A DNA stretch of 63,106 nucleotides, filler included, from Octopus bimaculoides (GCF_001194135.2; 5 parts of 5 records of this genome joined end to end with filler, not necessarily neighbours in it); one strand, 5' to 3'. Shown: positions 10,309 through 24,634, numbered from the whole stretch's first letter. The notes: generated by a model from the sequence alone, not told the origin. Numbers and translations are program-made.

Positions 10309-11223
10309 CATGGAGCATTTCAGAAGTTTCGAGACTTTTTTTTTTTAGCAAAGGCAGTTATAAACATCCTAGATAAATTTAATTTTAGTATATCATTAAT
10401 ATACATCTAATAAGCTGACCTGCCATCCTTGGTTCTTCCCGAATGAAGGAGGCGGTTATAACAGCACTTCTAAAATCATACTAAAATCAGCTTGTCACAT
10501 TTGACGAGTTCGTGGAATGCACTCGGGGGACATTTGGAAATTTGCTATGCAATAAAGTTTTGCGTTAAACTGAGCAAAAACCTTACAGAAAAACTCTTAC
10601 AGAAATACACTAAACTGCTTAGAAATTAACTTTTTCACTGGTACAAGAGGTTCAAGAACGGTAGAGAGGAGGTGAGAGACGATGAAGGGTGTGAGAGGGA
10701 GAGAGATTTCAGAACATCAGAATTGGTTGAGAAAATTCGCAATTTTCTAGATGAAGTCTGTTATGTGTCTATAAGGACAATGAGCATAAAAATTTGCAGC
10801 TGTTGGCAACCGAACAAAAAATTATTCATGAATATTTAAACTGTATAATTTGTACAAAGTTTATTCCCAGGGTGCTCAGTGACGATTATCCTTGTAAGCA
10901 ACTATTTCACAGGGATGGGCATTAAAACTCATCTTTCTACAGTTCAGATATCATTCCCCGTAACGCTTGGTTGTTCCCTTAGCGGATGGAGACTTCACGT
11001 GCAACCCTTTGGAAGATATTCTGAAGATAAGGAGGCTGTGACAAGGTTCCTTGACACCTTCATTTCCGAGGACTTCCACGGGGCCTTCATTTAGTGGCTG
11101 GAGCGCTACAAGATGTCCATCGAAGTAAGGAGCATTCTCTGAAGGAGACTAGAGTTTTGTGCTTCTTTGAAATTAAAGAATATCATTCCTGGAAAAGTCT
11201 GAAAACTTCTGGAAAGCACCTTC
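10309..11223 (+). mobile_element. Internally deleted mariner element (irritans-like), decayed
   Basis: TA-flanked imperfect TIRs (G.GC.TT.CAGAAGTTT..AGACTTTT at both ends). Transposase N-terminus YAIKFCVKL..WYKRFKNGREEVRDDE..KFIPRVLSDD is joined to the C-terminus KEAVTRFLDTFISEDFHGAF*WLERY. The catalytic core is missing. Confidence 0.85.
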
Positions 11224-11267
11224 TATAGAGGGGGAATAGGGGGAGAGATGAATGTTTGGGAAGAAAA

Positions 11268-11585
11268 GAGTAAAGACCTTCTTCGGTCATGAATGACCAT
11301 GGGATTGCACCAAGAAACTTCCCGTCGCGGCACAAATCTGGGCGAAGCTGTTTATGGAAGACCAGCATTTGATCAATCATACCAGCCCCCCCTCCCTCTT
11401 CACGCCACCGATGTCATCCTAAGGAAAGGCAAAGGGGCCGATACAGCTTGGCATCAATTGCGCCGCAACTCATTTCTACAGCTGAATGAACTGGAGCAAC
11501 ATGAAATAAAGTGTCTTGCTCAAGGACACAACACGCAGCCTGGAACTCATGATTGTGATCCTAACGCTCCAAACACTGATCCATG
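11268..11585 (-). mobile_element. SINE family E (CORE-like domain plus distinct 3' tail), 5'-truncated
   Basis: Minus strand TGTGTCCTTGAGCAAGACACTTTATTTCATGTTGCTCCAGTTCATTCAGCTGTAGAAATGAGT, then a tail ending CCCATGGTCATTCATGACCGAAG. Confidence 0.75.
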
Positions 11586-11860
11586 AGTTTTCACTTGGGA
11601 AGAGAGCGAACTTCTGGAAAAGCATCCAGTAACAAGGTAGCGGTGTTATATGTGTGTATGTAAAAGCGGATGTGTAAATGGAACAATGGATACTTCAAAA
11701 GTAAGAGGGGCGGATAAAATATATTGTTTTCAATAAAATTTTTGTACTTGACAATGATCAGCATTTCTCAATCAGAATCCAAAATACAAATGAAATAAAT
11801 ACTTGAACTGGAGCTGTTTCTGTATGCGTGTAAGCATATATATGTATACGTATATGTAGG

Positions 11861-11941
<81 letters not shown>

Positions 11942-11970
11942 GTCTGTTTGTGTCTGTTTGTGTCTGTCTG

Positions 11971-12023
<53 letters not shown>

Positions 12024-12068
12024 TATATATGTATATTAAGCTTCTATATTTGAAATTGGGTACACTAG

Positions 12069-12255
12069 ACAAAATGCTTAGCGGTATTTCACCCGTCACT
12101 CAGTTTTGAGTTCAAATTCCGCCGAAGTCGACTTTGCCTTTCATCCTTTCGGGGGTCGATGAATTAAGTACCAGTGAAACACTGGGGTCGATGGAATCGA
12201 CTTGTCCCCTCCTCCCACCAAATTTCAAGCCTTGTGCCTTCAGTGGAAAAGATAT
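12069..12255 (+). mobile_element. SINE family B
   Basis: AAATGCTTAGCGGTATTTC..GAGTTCAAATTCCGCCGAAGTCGACTTTGCCTTTCATCCTTTCGGGGGTCGAT. Confidence 0.85.
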
Positions 12256-14481
12256 TTCAACTCGTGTGCAATGTCAGGTCAGCCAACCGAAGTCAAACTG
12301 AGAAGCCACCATCAAGCAGTAACACACACATACATACATTACTTGTGTTGGCTATTGATTATAGTCTCAACATAACGTTATAAAGAACGATACATTTCCT
12401 CAGAAGTAAACTTTCTAATTTATCATGTTTTTAAGTCTTTAAGTCACTTTCCTCTATTTAATGCCGTTTCCGATTATATTTAAAGAAGAATGTTCTGGAA
12501 GACAAACGCTTAGACCAAGACCATTGCTCTATTTATTTTCAGTTCCTTGTAACAAAGACTTGTAGATATTAAATCAATATGTATTTTCACAACACTCTGT
12601 ATTGTTAAACAAGTGGCTTTCAATTCCTTGTTACTTTTATGATGTTGGTTATTATCAAACTGTAAATGGCGCACTTCTCTCTGGACGCTCTGTTTGTTAC
12701 ATGAGATTGTGGTTCAAATTGTTCTTCCTTCTCTATACTTCTTTCTCTGTATGATAATATGTATGGTAGGATGACAATTAAGAACTCTCTTTCGCGATCC
12801 ATTTTTTATCTATCTATCTACCTATTGATATANNNNNNNNNNNNNNNNNNNNNNNNNNNNNNNNNNNNNNNNNNNNNNNNNNNNNNNNNNNNNNNNNNNN
12901 NNNNNNNNNNNNNNNNNNNNNNNNNNNNNNNNNNNNNNNNNNNNNNNNNNNNNNNNNNNNNNNNNNNNNNNNNNNNNNNNNNNNNNNNNNNNNNNNNNNN
13001 NNNNNNNNNNNNNNNNNNNNNNNNNNNNNNNNNNNNNNNNNNNNNNNNNNNNNNNNNNNNNNNNNNNNNNNNNNNNNNNNNNNNNNNNNNNNNNNNNNNN
13101 NNNNNNNNNNNNNNNNNNNNNNNNNNNNNNNNNNNNNNNNNNNNNNNNNNNNNNNNNNNNNNNNNNNNNNNNNNNNNNNNNNNNNNNNNNNNNNNNNNNN
13201 NNNNNNNNNNNNNNNNNNNNNNNNNNNNNNNNNNNNNNNNNNNNNNNNNNNNNNNNNNNNNNNNNNNNNNNNNNNNNNNNNNNNNNNNNNNNNNNNNNNN
13301 NNNNNNNNNNNNNNNNNNNNNNNNNNNNNNNNNNNNNNNNNNNNNNNNNNNNNNNNNNNNNNNNNNNNNNNNNNNNNNNNNNNNNNNNNNNNNNNNNNNN
13401 NNNNNNNNNNNNNNNNNNNNNNNNNNNNNNNNNNNNNNNNNNNNNNNNNNNNNNNNNNNNNNNNNNNNNNNNNNNNNNNNNNNNNNNNNNNNNNNNNNNN
13501 NNNNNNNNNNNNNNNNNNNNNNNNNNNNNNNNNNNNNNNNNNNNNNNNNNNNNNNNNNNNNNNNNNNNNNNNNNNNNNNNNNNNNNNNNNNNNNNNNNNN
13601 NNNNNNNNNNNNNNNNNNNNNNNNNNNNNNNNNNNNNNNNNNNNNNNNNNNNNNNNNNNNNNNNNNNNNNNNNNNNNNNNNNNNNNNNNNNNNNNNNNNN
13701 NNNNNNNNNNNNNNNNNNNGTGTTGAAGCATATTCTGTTGTGTCTGGGGCGAGTCATTCTCTTTTAGTGCCTTATAACTTAACACACTCACCGGTAAAAT
13801 TTCCACTTATTTCTTATTTTTATTTTCCTAAAACTTTCGTTGCGTCTTGCAACCTTTTCAATAGTTTTGACTCTGTCCGTTATTTACACTGCGTTCCTTT
13901 TTGTTTGTTTGTGTGCATGTGTGTGGGTCAGTGTGTGTGCCTATACGTGCATGCATGGATGCATGCATGTATGTATGTATGTATGTATGCATGTGTGTGT
14001 ATGTATATGTATGTGTGTGTATGCATATGTATATATGTATGTATGTATGTGTGTTTATCTGTATGAATGTATTCTGCATATTCATGTGCTTGCATGTCCG
14101 TGTTTGTGTATTTTTTAATGTATGTGTGTGTGTGTGTGTGTTTGTATATGCATGCACCTCTGTCTCCTTGTGTGTGTATGTCTGAGTGTGTGTTTTGCGA
14201 CTATGTACCATGTTTGTATGTATGGATGTGCATCTCCATATCTGTGGACATGTGTCTCCATATGTGTCCTTGTGTGAAGTAAAGTGTGTGTGTATAAAGG
14301 GTCATCTGTTTCAGTCTCCATTTGCGTATGTGTGCAGACCAACGTCTGTTGTCAAGCAGTGATCAGGGGACAAACACAGACACAAAGACACACACACGTA
14401 GATATATACATCATCATCAACGACAGGCTTCTTTTAGTTTCCGTCTATCAGATAGATAAATAGATCGATCGATTGGTTGAT

Positions 14482-14529
<48 letters not shown>

Positions 14530-16159
14530 TAAAATATGACACCGGAAAACAAAAGTTATCTTTTGAATTTCATTAGCTTACAACTATTTCTGCTATAATA
14601 TGCAGTGGGAGGGGATGAAATGGTACCAGAGTGGCTAGTGAGAATGAGAAGTGCATTTCTGCGTCATTGCGCTTTGTCGATAGCGTTAATCACACCTACT
14701 TAATGTTTTCATATTTGAGCACTAAGATGGACAACTTATAAAATTCACGTCGGTAAAATTTTTAACGCTGATTATAAAAGGATGAATCAGAAAACTGCAA
14801 TATAATTTTCTTCATTCGAAAACGAAGGGAACACATGTGTGGCCACTGGATCTGATAAAAAACGCTGTTAAATTTACCATAAATCACGTTGAATAAATGA
14901 TGGAAGGAGCAGATAAAGACGACCAATAAGATATGGAGGTCACGGACGGAAAACTATTGAACATAGGTCTGGCCATGCTCAGATCTGTCTGAGAATAATA
15001 ACAGCAACAACAATACGAGAACTACAACAGCAGCAGCAGCACTGCCAGCAGAAGCAGCAGCAACAGTGTCAGCAGATGTCGTGGCGGTAGAAGCAACGAA
15101 CGTCCAATACCAAGCAAACGAGGAAGACAAAGACTATTATTGTAGAAGAGGCTTCAGACCATCGCCATACAAAGAAATAACTGCAGAACATGGGCAGACT
15201 TTGTTATTAACTACAGCGATTTCTCTGTAAAGGATATTCAAGATGAGAAATATATGTATTTAGGGGTTCTGACTTGAGATTCCGAAGGAAAGTGTGTTAT
15301 ACATAAACACGTACAGAGACATGTACAATTGCACATATGCACACACGTATACACACCCATTCGCAAAAACACGAGCGCGTACACACACAGGCGCATCTTT
15401 CCATTCATGCATATATGCATATACACACGTATGCAAACATTCGCATGTGCATGCTTATGTGTGTGTGTCTGTGTGAGGGTGTGTGTGTGCGTGTATACGA
15501 TTTTGCGTGTTGAAGAAGGTATGGACAAATATACACACGCATGTGTGTATGTCTGTAAGTATGCATACATGCATTTATATACACGCATACACATATGTGC
15601 GTGTATATATATATATATANNNNNNNNNNNNNNNNNNNNNNNNNNNNNNNNNNNNNNNNNNNNNNNNNNNNNNNNNNNNNNNNNNNNNNNNNNNNNNNNN
15701 NNNNNNNNNNNNNNNNNNNNNNNNNNNNNNNNNNNNNNNNNNNNNNNNNNNNNNNNNNNNNNNNNNNNNNNNNNNNNNNNNNNNNNNNNNNNNNNNNNNN
15801 NNNNNNNNNNNNNNNNNNNNNNNNNNNNNNNNNNNNNNNNNNNNNNNNNNNNNNNNNNNNNNNNNNNNNNNNNNNNNNNNNNNNNNNNNNNNNNNNNNNN
15901 NNNNNNNNNNNNNNNNNNNNNNNNNNNNNNNNNNNNNNNNNNNNNNNNNNNNNNNNNNNNNNNNNNNNNNNNNNNNNNNNNNNNNNNNNNNNNNNNNNNN
16001 NNNNNNNNNNNNNNNNNNNNNNNNNNNNNNNNNNNNNNNNNNNNNNNNNNNNNNNNNNNNNNNNNNNNNNNNNNNNNNNNNNNNNNNNNNNNNNNNNNNN
16101 NNNNNNNNNNNNNNNNNNNNNNNNNNNNNNNNNNNNNNNNNNNNNNNNNNNNNNNNNNN

Positions 16160-16190
<31 letters not shown>

Positions 16191-16591
16191 ACTTGCTACA
16201 TTACGCACCTGAAAGACAATAAATGGAGACTAAGGATGACGGAACGGACACTAAGACAATGGACAAAATCAAGGGGCCGAGCAAAGAAAGACAAGATGGC
16301 GCGATATGAAGCCTTGAATACGGACATTTTGTATCTTAACAAAATTCAGTATTCAGTCCAACTCTGGGTCTACCATTTAGCTAAATATAGAGTCTGTGGG
16401 TCATTTTCCCTGTTAGCTTAATTCGTATAGTCATAAAAAACCATAGAACTAACAATTTGGTGAGATATTCTGCATTGCCAGTTTTGCAATATCTCAGGTG
16501 AACTGAAATGATTTACTACGTATCTCAGGTAAGTCTACCTTGGATATTAACGTCAAACATGTATTTTAGCGTCCCACTATATATTTCTCTC

Positions 16592-16976
16592 GTGGAGGTG
16601 CAATGGCCCAGTGATTAGGGCAGCGGGCTCGCGGTCATAGGATCGCCGTTTCGATTCCTAGACCGGGCGTTGTGAGTGTTTATTGAGAGAAAAAACACCC
16701 AAAAGCTCCACGAGGCTCCGGCAATGGATGGTGGCGAACCCTGCTGTACTCTTTCACCACAACTTTCTCTCACTCTTACTTCCTGTTTCTGTTGTGCCTG
16801 TAATTCAAAGGGTCAGCCTTGTCACAGTGTGTCACGCTGAATATCCCCGAGAACTACGTTAAGGGTACACGTGTCTGTGGAGTGCTCAGCCACTTGCACG
16901 TTAATTTCACGTGCAGGCTGTTCCGTTGATCGGATCAACTGGAACCCTCGTCGTAGTAAGCGACGGAGTGCCAACA
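16592..16976 (+). mobile_element. Full-length SINE family C with 13-bp TSD (one mismatch)
   Basis: ATATATTTCTCTC at 16579-16591 and ATATATTTCCCTC at 16977-16989. The 3' end has two hairpins (GTTCCGTTGATC/GATCAACTGGAAC and CTCGTCG/CGACGGAG). Confidence 0.92.
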
Positions 16977-17454
16977 ATATATTTCCCTCACTCGCACACT
17001 CCATGTTTCATAAGCTCTCTAACGCAGTTGTTGCATTTCTGTCATTTGAAATATGGCCCCTTTTTACCATTGTCTGTTCTTCGGAAATATAGACACCAAC
17101 GAACGAGGCGTCAAAAACTTCTTTATATTTAGTAGTTAAACGGGTAACAATCTTTAGTCTTACGGCGACTGTTGGATGCGAATAGTCACTGAAACGTAGA
17201 TGTCTGTCGATAGTGAATATTCTTTATATGCTATTTTTGTGGTCCATTCTTACCACTTATCTAACTCACATAGGCATAAAGCTATAGCACCGATTACCTG
17301 TTGAGCTGTTGTGCACTTTCGGTGATTAAATAAATATCGTGTTTTGATAAACTAAATTGGTACTAGCTAGGTTTATGCTTTTCTACATACATACACAAAT
17401 ACACACACAAACACCTATACACCCATATACTCACATATATATTTGTGTATGCGC

Positions 17455-17497
<43 letters not shown>

Positions 17498-17505
17498 CAT
17501 ATGTG

Positions 17506-17542
<37 letters not shown>

Positions 17543-17717
17543 ATGGTTGGAAAGAAGTCAAAGGGGGGGGGCGATGGAACATTATGGTTAGATATACGTA
17601 ACGACAATCTGGTTGATAGTTGCTAAACTATCCTCAGTGTTATTCTATACATTTCTCCTCTCCCCCTCTATTTCTGAGAACAGCAGTGTCTATGTACATG
17701 CCTGTATATATATGTAT

Positions 17718-17808
<91 letters not shown>

Positions 17809-18158
17809 AATTTACATACATATATGGTCATGCACACGCGCGCACTTTTGTGCATGTGTGTTTGTTTATACACATTACATATGTATACACACATGTGTAT
17901 TTTCCAGAGAGAAAGCAAGAAGAGACGGGGAGAGAGAGAGAGAATCTGATAGAGTGAAATTGTGTAAGGGAGAAAAGCGAGCGACTGCGCCAGAGATACA
18001 CCTATAGTGAGCACTCACACTCTATAGCCGTTTCGCTCTAACTGCGTTCCTCGTTTGTCAGTAGGTATTTCTAATCTTCCGTTTTCGTTTCCTGGTTCTA
18101 TCAATTTCTGTTGATTTTCTTTTGCTTTTTCTATAACCATTATCAACTCTTCCACCCA

Positions 18159-18306
<148 letters not shown>

Positions 18307-18627
18307 CTCCTTTCACACTCAAATTCTTTGTCCACTTCTCTGCATCGTCTCTCTTATCCACTTTTATTATTGATGGAAATCACTCAAATATTTAACGGTA
18401 TCTTTTCTTATCAACCTCTCTTTAGAAACACATCAAATACCGACGCCATTTTGTTTCTATTTCTTCCCCAATTTTCCTTCTCTCTTTCCTTTCTTAATGC
18501 AGTTTAGTTTTTCTATAATTTAGGTCTTGCTTATATATTTACTTTTCCTCCCCTTTTTTTTTCTTCCTTACCTCATACTAAGATTTCTTTTTCATTGCAC
18601 ATGTGTATATATATATATATATCCATA

Positions 18628-18666
<39 letters not shown>

Positions 18667-19724
18667 NNNNNNNNNNNNNNNNNNNNNNNNNNNNNNNNNN
18701 NNNNNNNNNNNNNNNNNNNNNNNNNNNNNNNNNNNNNNNNNNNNNNNNNNNNNNNNNNNNNNNNNNNNNNNNNNNNNNNNNNNNNNNNNNNNNNNNNNNN
18801 NNNNNNNNNNNNNNNNNNNNNNNNNNNNNNNNNNNNNNNNNNNNNNNNNNNNNNNNNNNNNNNNNNNNNNNNNNNNNNNNNNNNNNNNNNNNNNNNNNNN
18901 NNNNNNNNNNNNNNNNNNNNNNNNNNNNNNNNNNNNNNNNNNNNNNNNNNNNNNNNNNNNNNNNNNNNNNNNNNNNNNNNNNNNNNNNNNNNNNNNNNNN
19001 NNNNNNNNNNNNNNNNNNNNNNNNNNNNNNNNNNNNNNNNNNNNNNNNNNNNNNNNNNNNNNNNNNNNNNNNNNNNNNNNNNNNNNNNNNNNNNNNNNNN
19101 NNNNNNNNNNNNNNNNNNNNNNNNNNNNNNNNNNNNNNNNNNNNNNNNNNNNNNNNNNNNNNNNNNNNNNNNNNNNNNNNNNNNNNNNNNNNNNNNNNNN
19201 NNNNNNNNNNNNNNNNNNNNNNNNNNNNNNNNNNNNNNNNNNNNNNNNNNNNNNNNNNNNNNNNNNNNNNNNNNNNNNNNNNNNNNNNNNNNNNNNNNNN
19301 NNNNNNNNNNNNNNNNNNNNNNNNNNNNNNNNNNNNNNNNNNNNNNNNNNNNNNNNNNNNNNNNNNNNNNNNNNNNNNNNNNNNNNNNNNNNNNNNNNNN
19401 NNNNNNNNNNNNNNNNNNNNNNNNNNNNNNNNNNNNNNNNNNNNNNNNNNNNNNNNNNNNNNNNNNNNNNNNNNNNNNNNNNNNNNNNNNNNNNTATATA
19501 TATACTTACAATTGGAGACGCTGCGTTCAATCGTGGCTTGTGTGTTTTCTCGTCTCTGTTTTGTTTGCAATGTCCTGTACCCAGATATGCACCTATACAT
19601 ACAGGTGGATGTCGGTATGCACATACCTGTACGTATATATGCATATACTCATTTACTATTTGTTTAGATATATATGTATGTATATTATATGTATATATGT
19701 ATGTATGTGTGTATGTATGTTTGT

Positions 19725-19935
19725 GTGGCTGTGTTTGTCCCCACCACCACTATCGCTTGACAGCCGATGGAGATGAATTTACATCCCTGTCATATAGCAG
19801 TTCGGCAAGGGACACCGATAGAATAAGTAGTAAGCTTACAAAGAATAAGTCCTAGGCTCGACTTGCTCGACTAAAGGCGGTGCTCCAGCATGGCCGCAGT
19901 CAGATGACTGAAACAAATAAAAGGATAAAAGGATG
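19725..19935 (+). mobile_element. SINE family A, 3' half
   Basis: ..GCTCGACTAAAGGCGGTGCTCCAGCATGGCCGCAGTCAGATGACTGAAACAAATAAAAGG. Matches 38794-39132 and 43820-44223. Confidence 0.88.
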
Positions 19936-20044
19936 CTTCTTTTAAAATTACTATTTTGTTCGCTGCACTTTAACTTGTGAAGGTCGAATTAAGTAAAACC
20001 TCAGAAAAAGAAACCTGGCCCTTTTTTGCTGTAAATGCATCTAC

Positions 20045-20173
20045 AGCAAAATTTGTTCCATGGACCCTTCAAATGATTCTGTAGATCCCAATTTACTAAT
20101 TTACTTATGTAGACCCTCCAAAAATCTTATATGGTCCTCTAAGGGCCATATGGACCCCGGTTGAGGGCCACTG
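20045..20173. mobile_element. hAT-Charlie-like non-autonomous element end
   Basis: Terminus GGTTGAGGGCCACTG (reverse complement CAGTGGCCCTCAACC, close to the Charlie-type CAGTGGTTCTCAACC) followed by TTCTAG, the Charlie-preferred target. Repeated TGGACCC subterminal motifs. Confidence 0.6.
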
Positions 20174-20279
20174 TTCTAGTTCTTTTTTTTAAGGGTCTCT
20201 TTTTGCCCTTCTCTTTACCTCTTTCATTTTCGCAATCTCTAACACCGCAATTTTTCACTATATCAAACCCATCTAACTG

Positions 20280-20864
20280 AACAGGCTGTCTCCCTGTCTC
20301 TCTCTCTCCATCTCTCCCGCTCTCTCCCCCTCTCCCCCCATCTTTCTCTCCTCCTCTATCTCTCTGGTTTGGATGAGTATTTGTCTCGTCTCCCCTCTCA
20401 TTTTTCTTTTCACTTTCCTTTAACCCCTTTAGTCATTTCTCGCTCTGGTTTTTTTAATCTCTCTCTCTCTCTCTCAACCCTCTCTTTTCTTCCCCATCGC
20501 ACATTACCTTTATTCCCCCTCCCCCCCCTCTCTCTCTCTCTCTCACTTTCTAGTTTCTTCAAGCGTCTCTCTTCTCACTCTTTCTCATCCTTACCTCTGT
20601 CTCTTCTTTCTCTCCTCTTCATTAACTCTCCTTCTCACTACATTAATCCATGCTTAGTAAATTTGCAATCTCTCTCTCTCCCGCTCTCTCCTCTCTCTCA
20701 TTCACTCACTCACTTTCTATATCATACACACTCTATTCCCCGTCTCTCTCTCTCTCACATTACTTCTGATATTTCGATCTCTTTTACTGTTTCTCTCTTG
20801 GCCTTATCGATCCGTCTTTCACTCAATGATCCACTTTCACTCTTTCTCTCACTCCTTCTCTCAC

Positions 20865-20898
<34 letters not shown>

Positions 20899-21561
20899 CG
20901 GTCTCTGGAGTCTATCCCCCATTTCACTCTATCCTCCCTCCCTTCCTCTCTCCCCCTTTCACTCACACAATACGTTCTTCTTCACCTCCCTTCTTCATTA
21001 TCTCAATCTCCTCTATTCTTTAATCATCCGCTCACTTTTCTCCTTCTTTCTTTTTCTCTATTCATAACACATCTCTCTGTCTCTCTCTCTTACTCACCCA
21101 CACTCTCTCTCTCTCTCTCTCTCTCTCCCTCTCTCTCTACACCATCCGCTCTGTCTTTCTCTTTTCCAACTCATAAAACTTCTATATCCTATCTCCCACT
21201 CGATCTCTCTTCAGTCATCATACACTGTCTCTCCCACTATCTCTCTCTGTCTCTGTCTCCCTCACTCTGCCTCTCTCCCTCACTCTGCCTCTCTCCCTCA
21301 CTTCACTATCCGCTCTCTTTTGTCTTATTTTCCCTTTCTCCATTCATAACACAACTCTTTCTCTCTATGCCTCTTCATTGTCTCTCACACATTCTCTCTC
21401 TCTGTCTTTCTCGCTCCCACTATCTCCCCCTCTCCCTCCTCATTCGCACTCCAGTTATCATACATATTCTCTCTTACTCTCTCTAACACACACACACTCT
21501 CTCTCTCACACTTCTCTGTCCGCTGTCTCTTGTCTTGCTTTCTCGTTTTCTATTCATAACA

Positions 21562-21600
<39 letters not shown>
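20280..21600. repeat. Degenerate CT-rich (polypyrimidine) low-complexity tract
   Basis: About 1.3 kb almost devoid of G on the plus strand. Confidence 0.9.
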
Positions 21601-22379
21601 NNNNNNNNNNNNNNNNNNNNNNNNNNNNNNNNNNNNNNNNNNNNNNNNNNNNNNNNNNNNNNNNNNNNNNNNNNNNNNNNNNNNNNNNNNNNNNNNNNNN
21701 NNNNNNNNNNNNNNNNNNNNNNNNNNNNNNNNNNNNNNNNNNNNNNNNNNNNNNNNNNNNNNNNNNNNNNNNNNNNNNNNNNNNNNNNNNNNNNNNNNNN
21801 NNNNNNNNNNNNNNNNNNNNNNNNNNNNNNNNNNNNNNNNNNNNNNNNNNNNNNNNNNNNNNNNNNNNNNNNNNNNNNNNNNNNNNNNNNNNNNNNNNNN
21901 NNNNNNNNNNNNNNNNNNNNNNNNNNNNNNNNNNNNNNNNNNNNNNNNNNNNNNNNNNNNNNNNNNNNNNNNNNNNNNNNNNNNNNNNNNNNNNNNNNNN
22001 NNNNNNNNNNNNNNNNNNNNNNNNNNNNNNNNNNNNNNNNNNNNNNNNNNNNNNNNNNNNNNNNNNNNNNNNNNNNNNNNNNNNNNNNNNNNNNNNNNNN
22101 NNNNNNNNNNNNNNNNNNNNNNNNNNNNNNNNNNNNNNNNNNNNNNNNNNNNNNNNNNNNNNNNNNNNNNNNNNNNNNNNNNNNNNNNNNNNNNNNNNNN
22201 NNNNNNNNNNNNNNNNNNNNNNNNNNNNNNNNNNNNNNNNNNNNNNNNNNNNATAATAACGCCACTAATAGCTCATGCGCGCCAACCCTAATCCAACCAA
22301 CCATTACCGCCGCCGACACCGCCGCCGCCGCTCCATCTTTTTCATCATGACTGATCTCATTTCACTGCCGCAACCAGTT

Positions 22380-22401
22380 CCCGCCACGACACCAAAGTGA
22401 T

Positions 22402-22439
<38 letters not shown>

Positions 22440-22554
22440 ATAATAATAATAATAATAATGCAACCGCTGTTACTACTGCTACAACAACTATTACTGCTAC
22501 TACTACTACTACTACTACTACTACTATTAACACAACTATCATTATTATGAAAAT

Positions 22555-22586
<32 letters not shown>

Positions 22587-22903
22587 ACTACTATTACTAC
22601 TACTAAGTACTATTACTACTACTATTACTAGCACTACTACTAACGGTATCACTGCCATTACCCTCAAACTACTACTCATCACCAGTACAAACAACACCGC
22701 TACCACCACCATCACCACCACCTCTGCTCCAACCATTGCAGCCATCAAAACCACCCCCACTACTGCTGCATCCACCATATCCGCTACTAGCATACCCCCA
22801 CAATCATTATAACCATCCATCACCACCACTACTACCACTATCCCCCTAATACCACCACCACCACCACCACCACCACCATCACCACCACCGCCACCACCAC
22901 CAC
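22380..22903. repeat. (ACT)n/(AAT)n/(ACC)n trinucleotide low-complexity tract
   Basis: Read directly from the sequence. Confidence 0.93.
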
Positions 22904-23890
22904 NNNNNNNNNNNNNNNNNNNNNNNNNNNNNNNNNNNNNNNNNNNNNNNNNNNNNNNNNNNNNNNNNNNNNNNNNNNNNNNNNNNNNNNNNNNNNNNNN
23001 NNNNNNNNNNNNNNNNNNNNNNNNNNNNNNNNNNNNNNNNNNNNNNNNNNNNNNNNNNNNNNNNNNNNNNNNNNNNNNNNNNNNNNNNNNNNNNNNNNNN
23101 NNNNNNNNNNNNNNNNNNNNNNNNNNNNNNNNNNNNNNNNNNNNNNNNNNNNNNNNNNNNNNNNNNNNNNNNNNNNNNNNNNNNNNNNNNNNNNNNNNNN
23201 NNNNNNNNNNNNNNNNNNNNNNNNNNNNNNNNNNNNNNNNNNNNNNNNNNNNNNNNNNNNNNNNNNNNNNNNNNNNNNNNNNNNNNNNNNNNNNNNNNNN
23301 NNNNNNNNNNNNNNNNNNNNNNNNNNNNNNNNNNNNNNNNNNNNNNNNNNNNNNNNNNNNNNNNNNNNNNNNNNNNNNNNNNNNNNNNNNNNNNNNNNNN
23401 NNNNNNNNNNNNNNNNNNNNNNNNNNNNNNNNNNNNNNNNNNNNNNNNNNNNNNNNNNNNNNNNNNNNNNNNNNNNNNNNNNNNNNNNNNNNNNNNNNNN
23501 NNNNNNNNNNNNNNNNNNNNNNNNNNNNNNNNNNNNNNNNNNNNNNNNNNNNNNNNNNNNNNNNNNNNNNNNNNNNNNNNNNNNNNNNNNNNNNNNNNNN
23601 NNNNNNNNNNNNNNNNNNNNNNNNNNNNNNNNNNNNNNNNNNNNNNNNNNNNNNNNNNNNNNNNNNNNNNNNNNNNNNNNNNNNNNNNNNNNNNNNNNNN
23701 NNNNNNNNNNNNNNNNNNNNNNNNNNNNNNNNNNNNNNNNNNNNNNNNNNNNNNNNNNNNNNNNNNNNNNNNNNNNNNNNNNNNNNNNNNNNNNNNNNNN
23801 NNNNNNNNNNNNNNNNNNNNNNNNNNNNNNNNNNNNNNNNNNNNNNNNNNNNNNNNNNNNNNNNNNNNNNNNNNNNNNNNNNNNNNNNNN

Positions 23891-24209
23891 TCTTCTGCAA
23901 TTTGTTTCATTCAAGCATTCTTTCCCATAAATTGAGTGTATGTTTCGAGTCGCTTCGGCTGCAGAATTTCCTTTTTTGTACTCATAAAGCATTATGTGCC
24001 TTAAATGCTCTTTGGATACTTCCATGTTAGAAAGGGTTTTAATCAAAGAAATTTTAATTCTATTATTCTGTAAAATAATATTTACTTAGTTTAAATGTAC
24101 ACAAATGCATAAAAATAATCTTCAATTTCATTAGACATTCTAAAATACTATTAAATTTCATTCAATTTTAAAAAAGGTAAAATCGGACAGAGCTTATGTG
24201 ATGACCTGA
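23891..24209 (-). mobile_element. Mariner element 5' end (TIR plus start of a Mos1/Hsmar1-type transposase), runs into a gap
   Basis: TA at 24210-24211, TIR TCAGGTCATCACATAAGCTCTGTCCGATTT. ATG at 24025 gives MEVSKEHLRHIMLYEYKKGNSAAEATRNIHSIYGKECLNETNCRR, the mariner N-terminal HTH. Confidence 0.9.
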
Positions 24210-24227
24210 TATTTCAATTAATGTGTT

Positions 24228-24444
24228 ATACAGTGCAGTACTGTACTCTATATTTATTTATTTATTAATTTTTTAATGTTTGAAAATGCTTATTTTATCA
24301 CAGAAATAATTAAAATCTAAAAATATATAAATACCTATTGGCCGCAGAAATCCGCGATATAATGAGGAGTCCGTGATATAAATTTACATATATTAACCAC
24401 CAGAATCCGTGATAGGTGACTCGCGGTATGGCGAGTGATTACTG
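24228..24444. mobile_element. pogo/Tigger-like element end
   Basis: Terminus reads TA|CAGTAATCACTCGCCATACCGCG on the minus strand, with repeated ATCCG(C/T)GATA subterminal motifs. Only one end is seen. Confidence 0.55.
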
Positions 24445-24634
24445 TATTAATTAGAGCGTCAGAAGAAAAAATACCTTGTAGTACATAGTTTATTTTTTTT
24501 ACATTCTGAGTTCACAGTACTCCGAGGTCAATTTGGTACTTCATTTTCTCGCGAGTCAATGAAAGAAACTACCATTCAGTCATGTACTGATACGATAAAA
24601 CCAATTATACATCTCAGTATAATATATGACATGT

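Noticed and set aside
13785-13900. Strong minus-strand donor CCG|GTGAGT preceded by KWKFYR, superficially like WTAP WKFTP
   Set aside because: There is no acceptor or ATG, an upstream in-frame stop is present and the residues do not match WKFTPDS. At best it is a non-coding exon.
17164-17209. CTGTTGGA...GAAAC GTAGAT GTC hammerhead-like string
   Set aside because: Stem II and stem I do not pair convincingly and the core is too degenerate.
20369-21067. 232-aa L/S-rich ORF
   Set aside because: It is the translation of a CT low-complexity tract.
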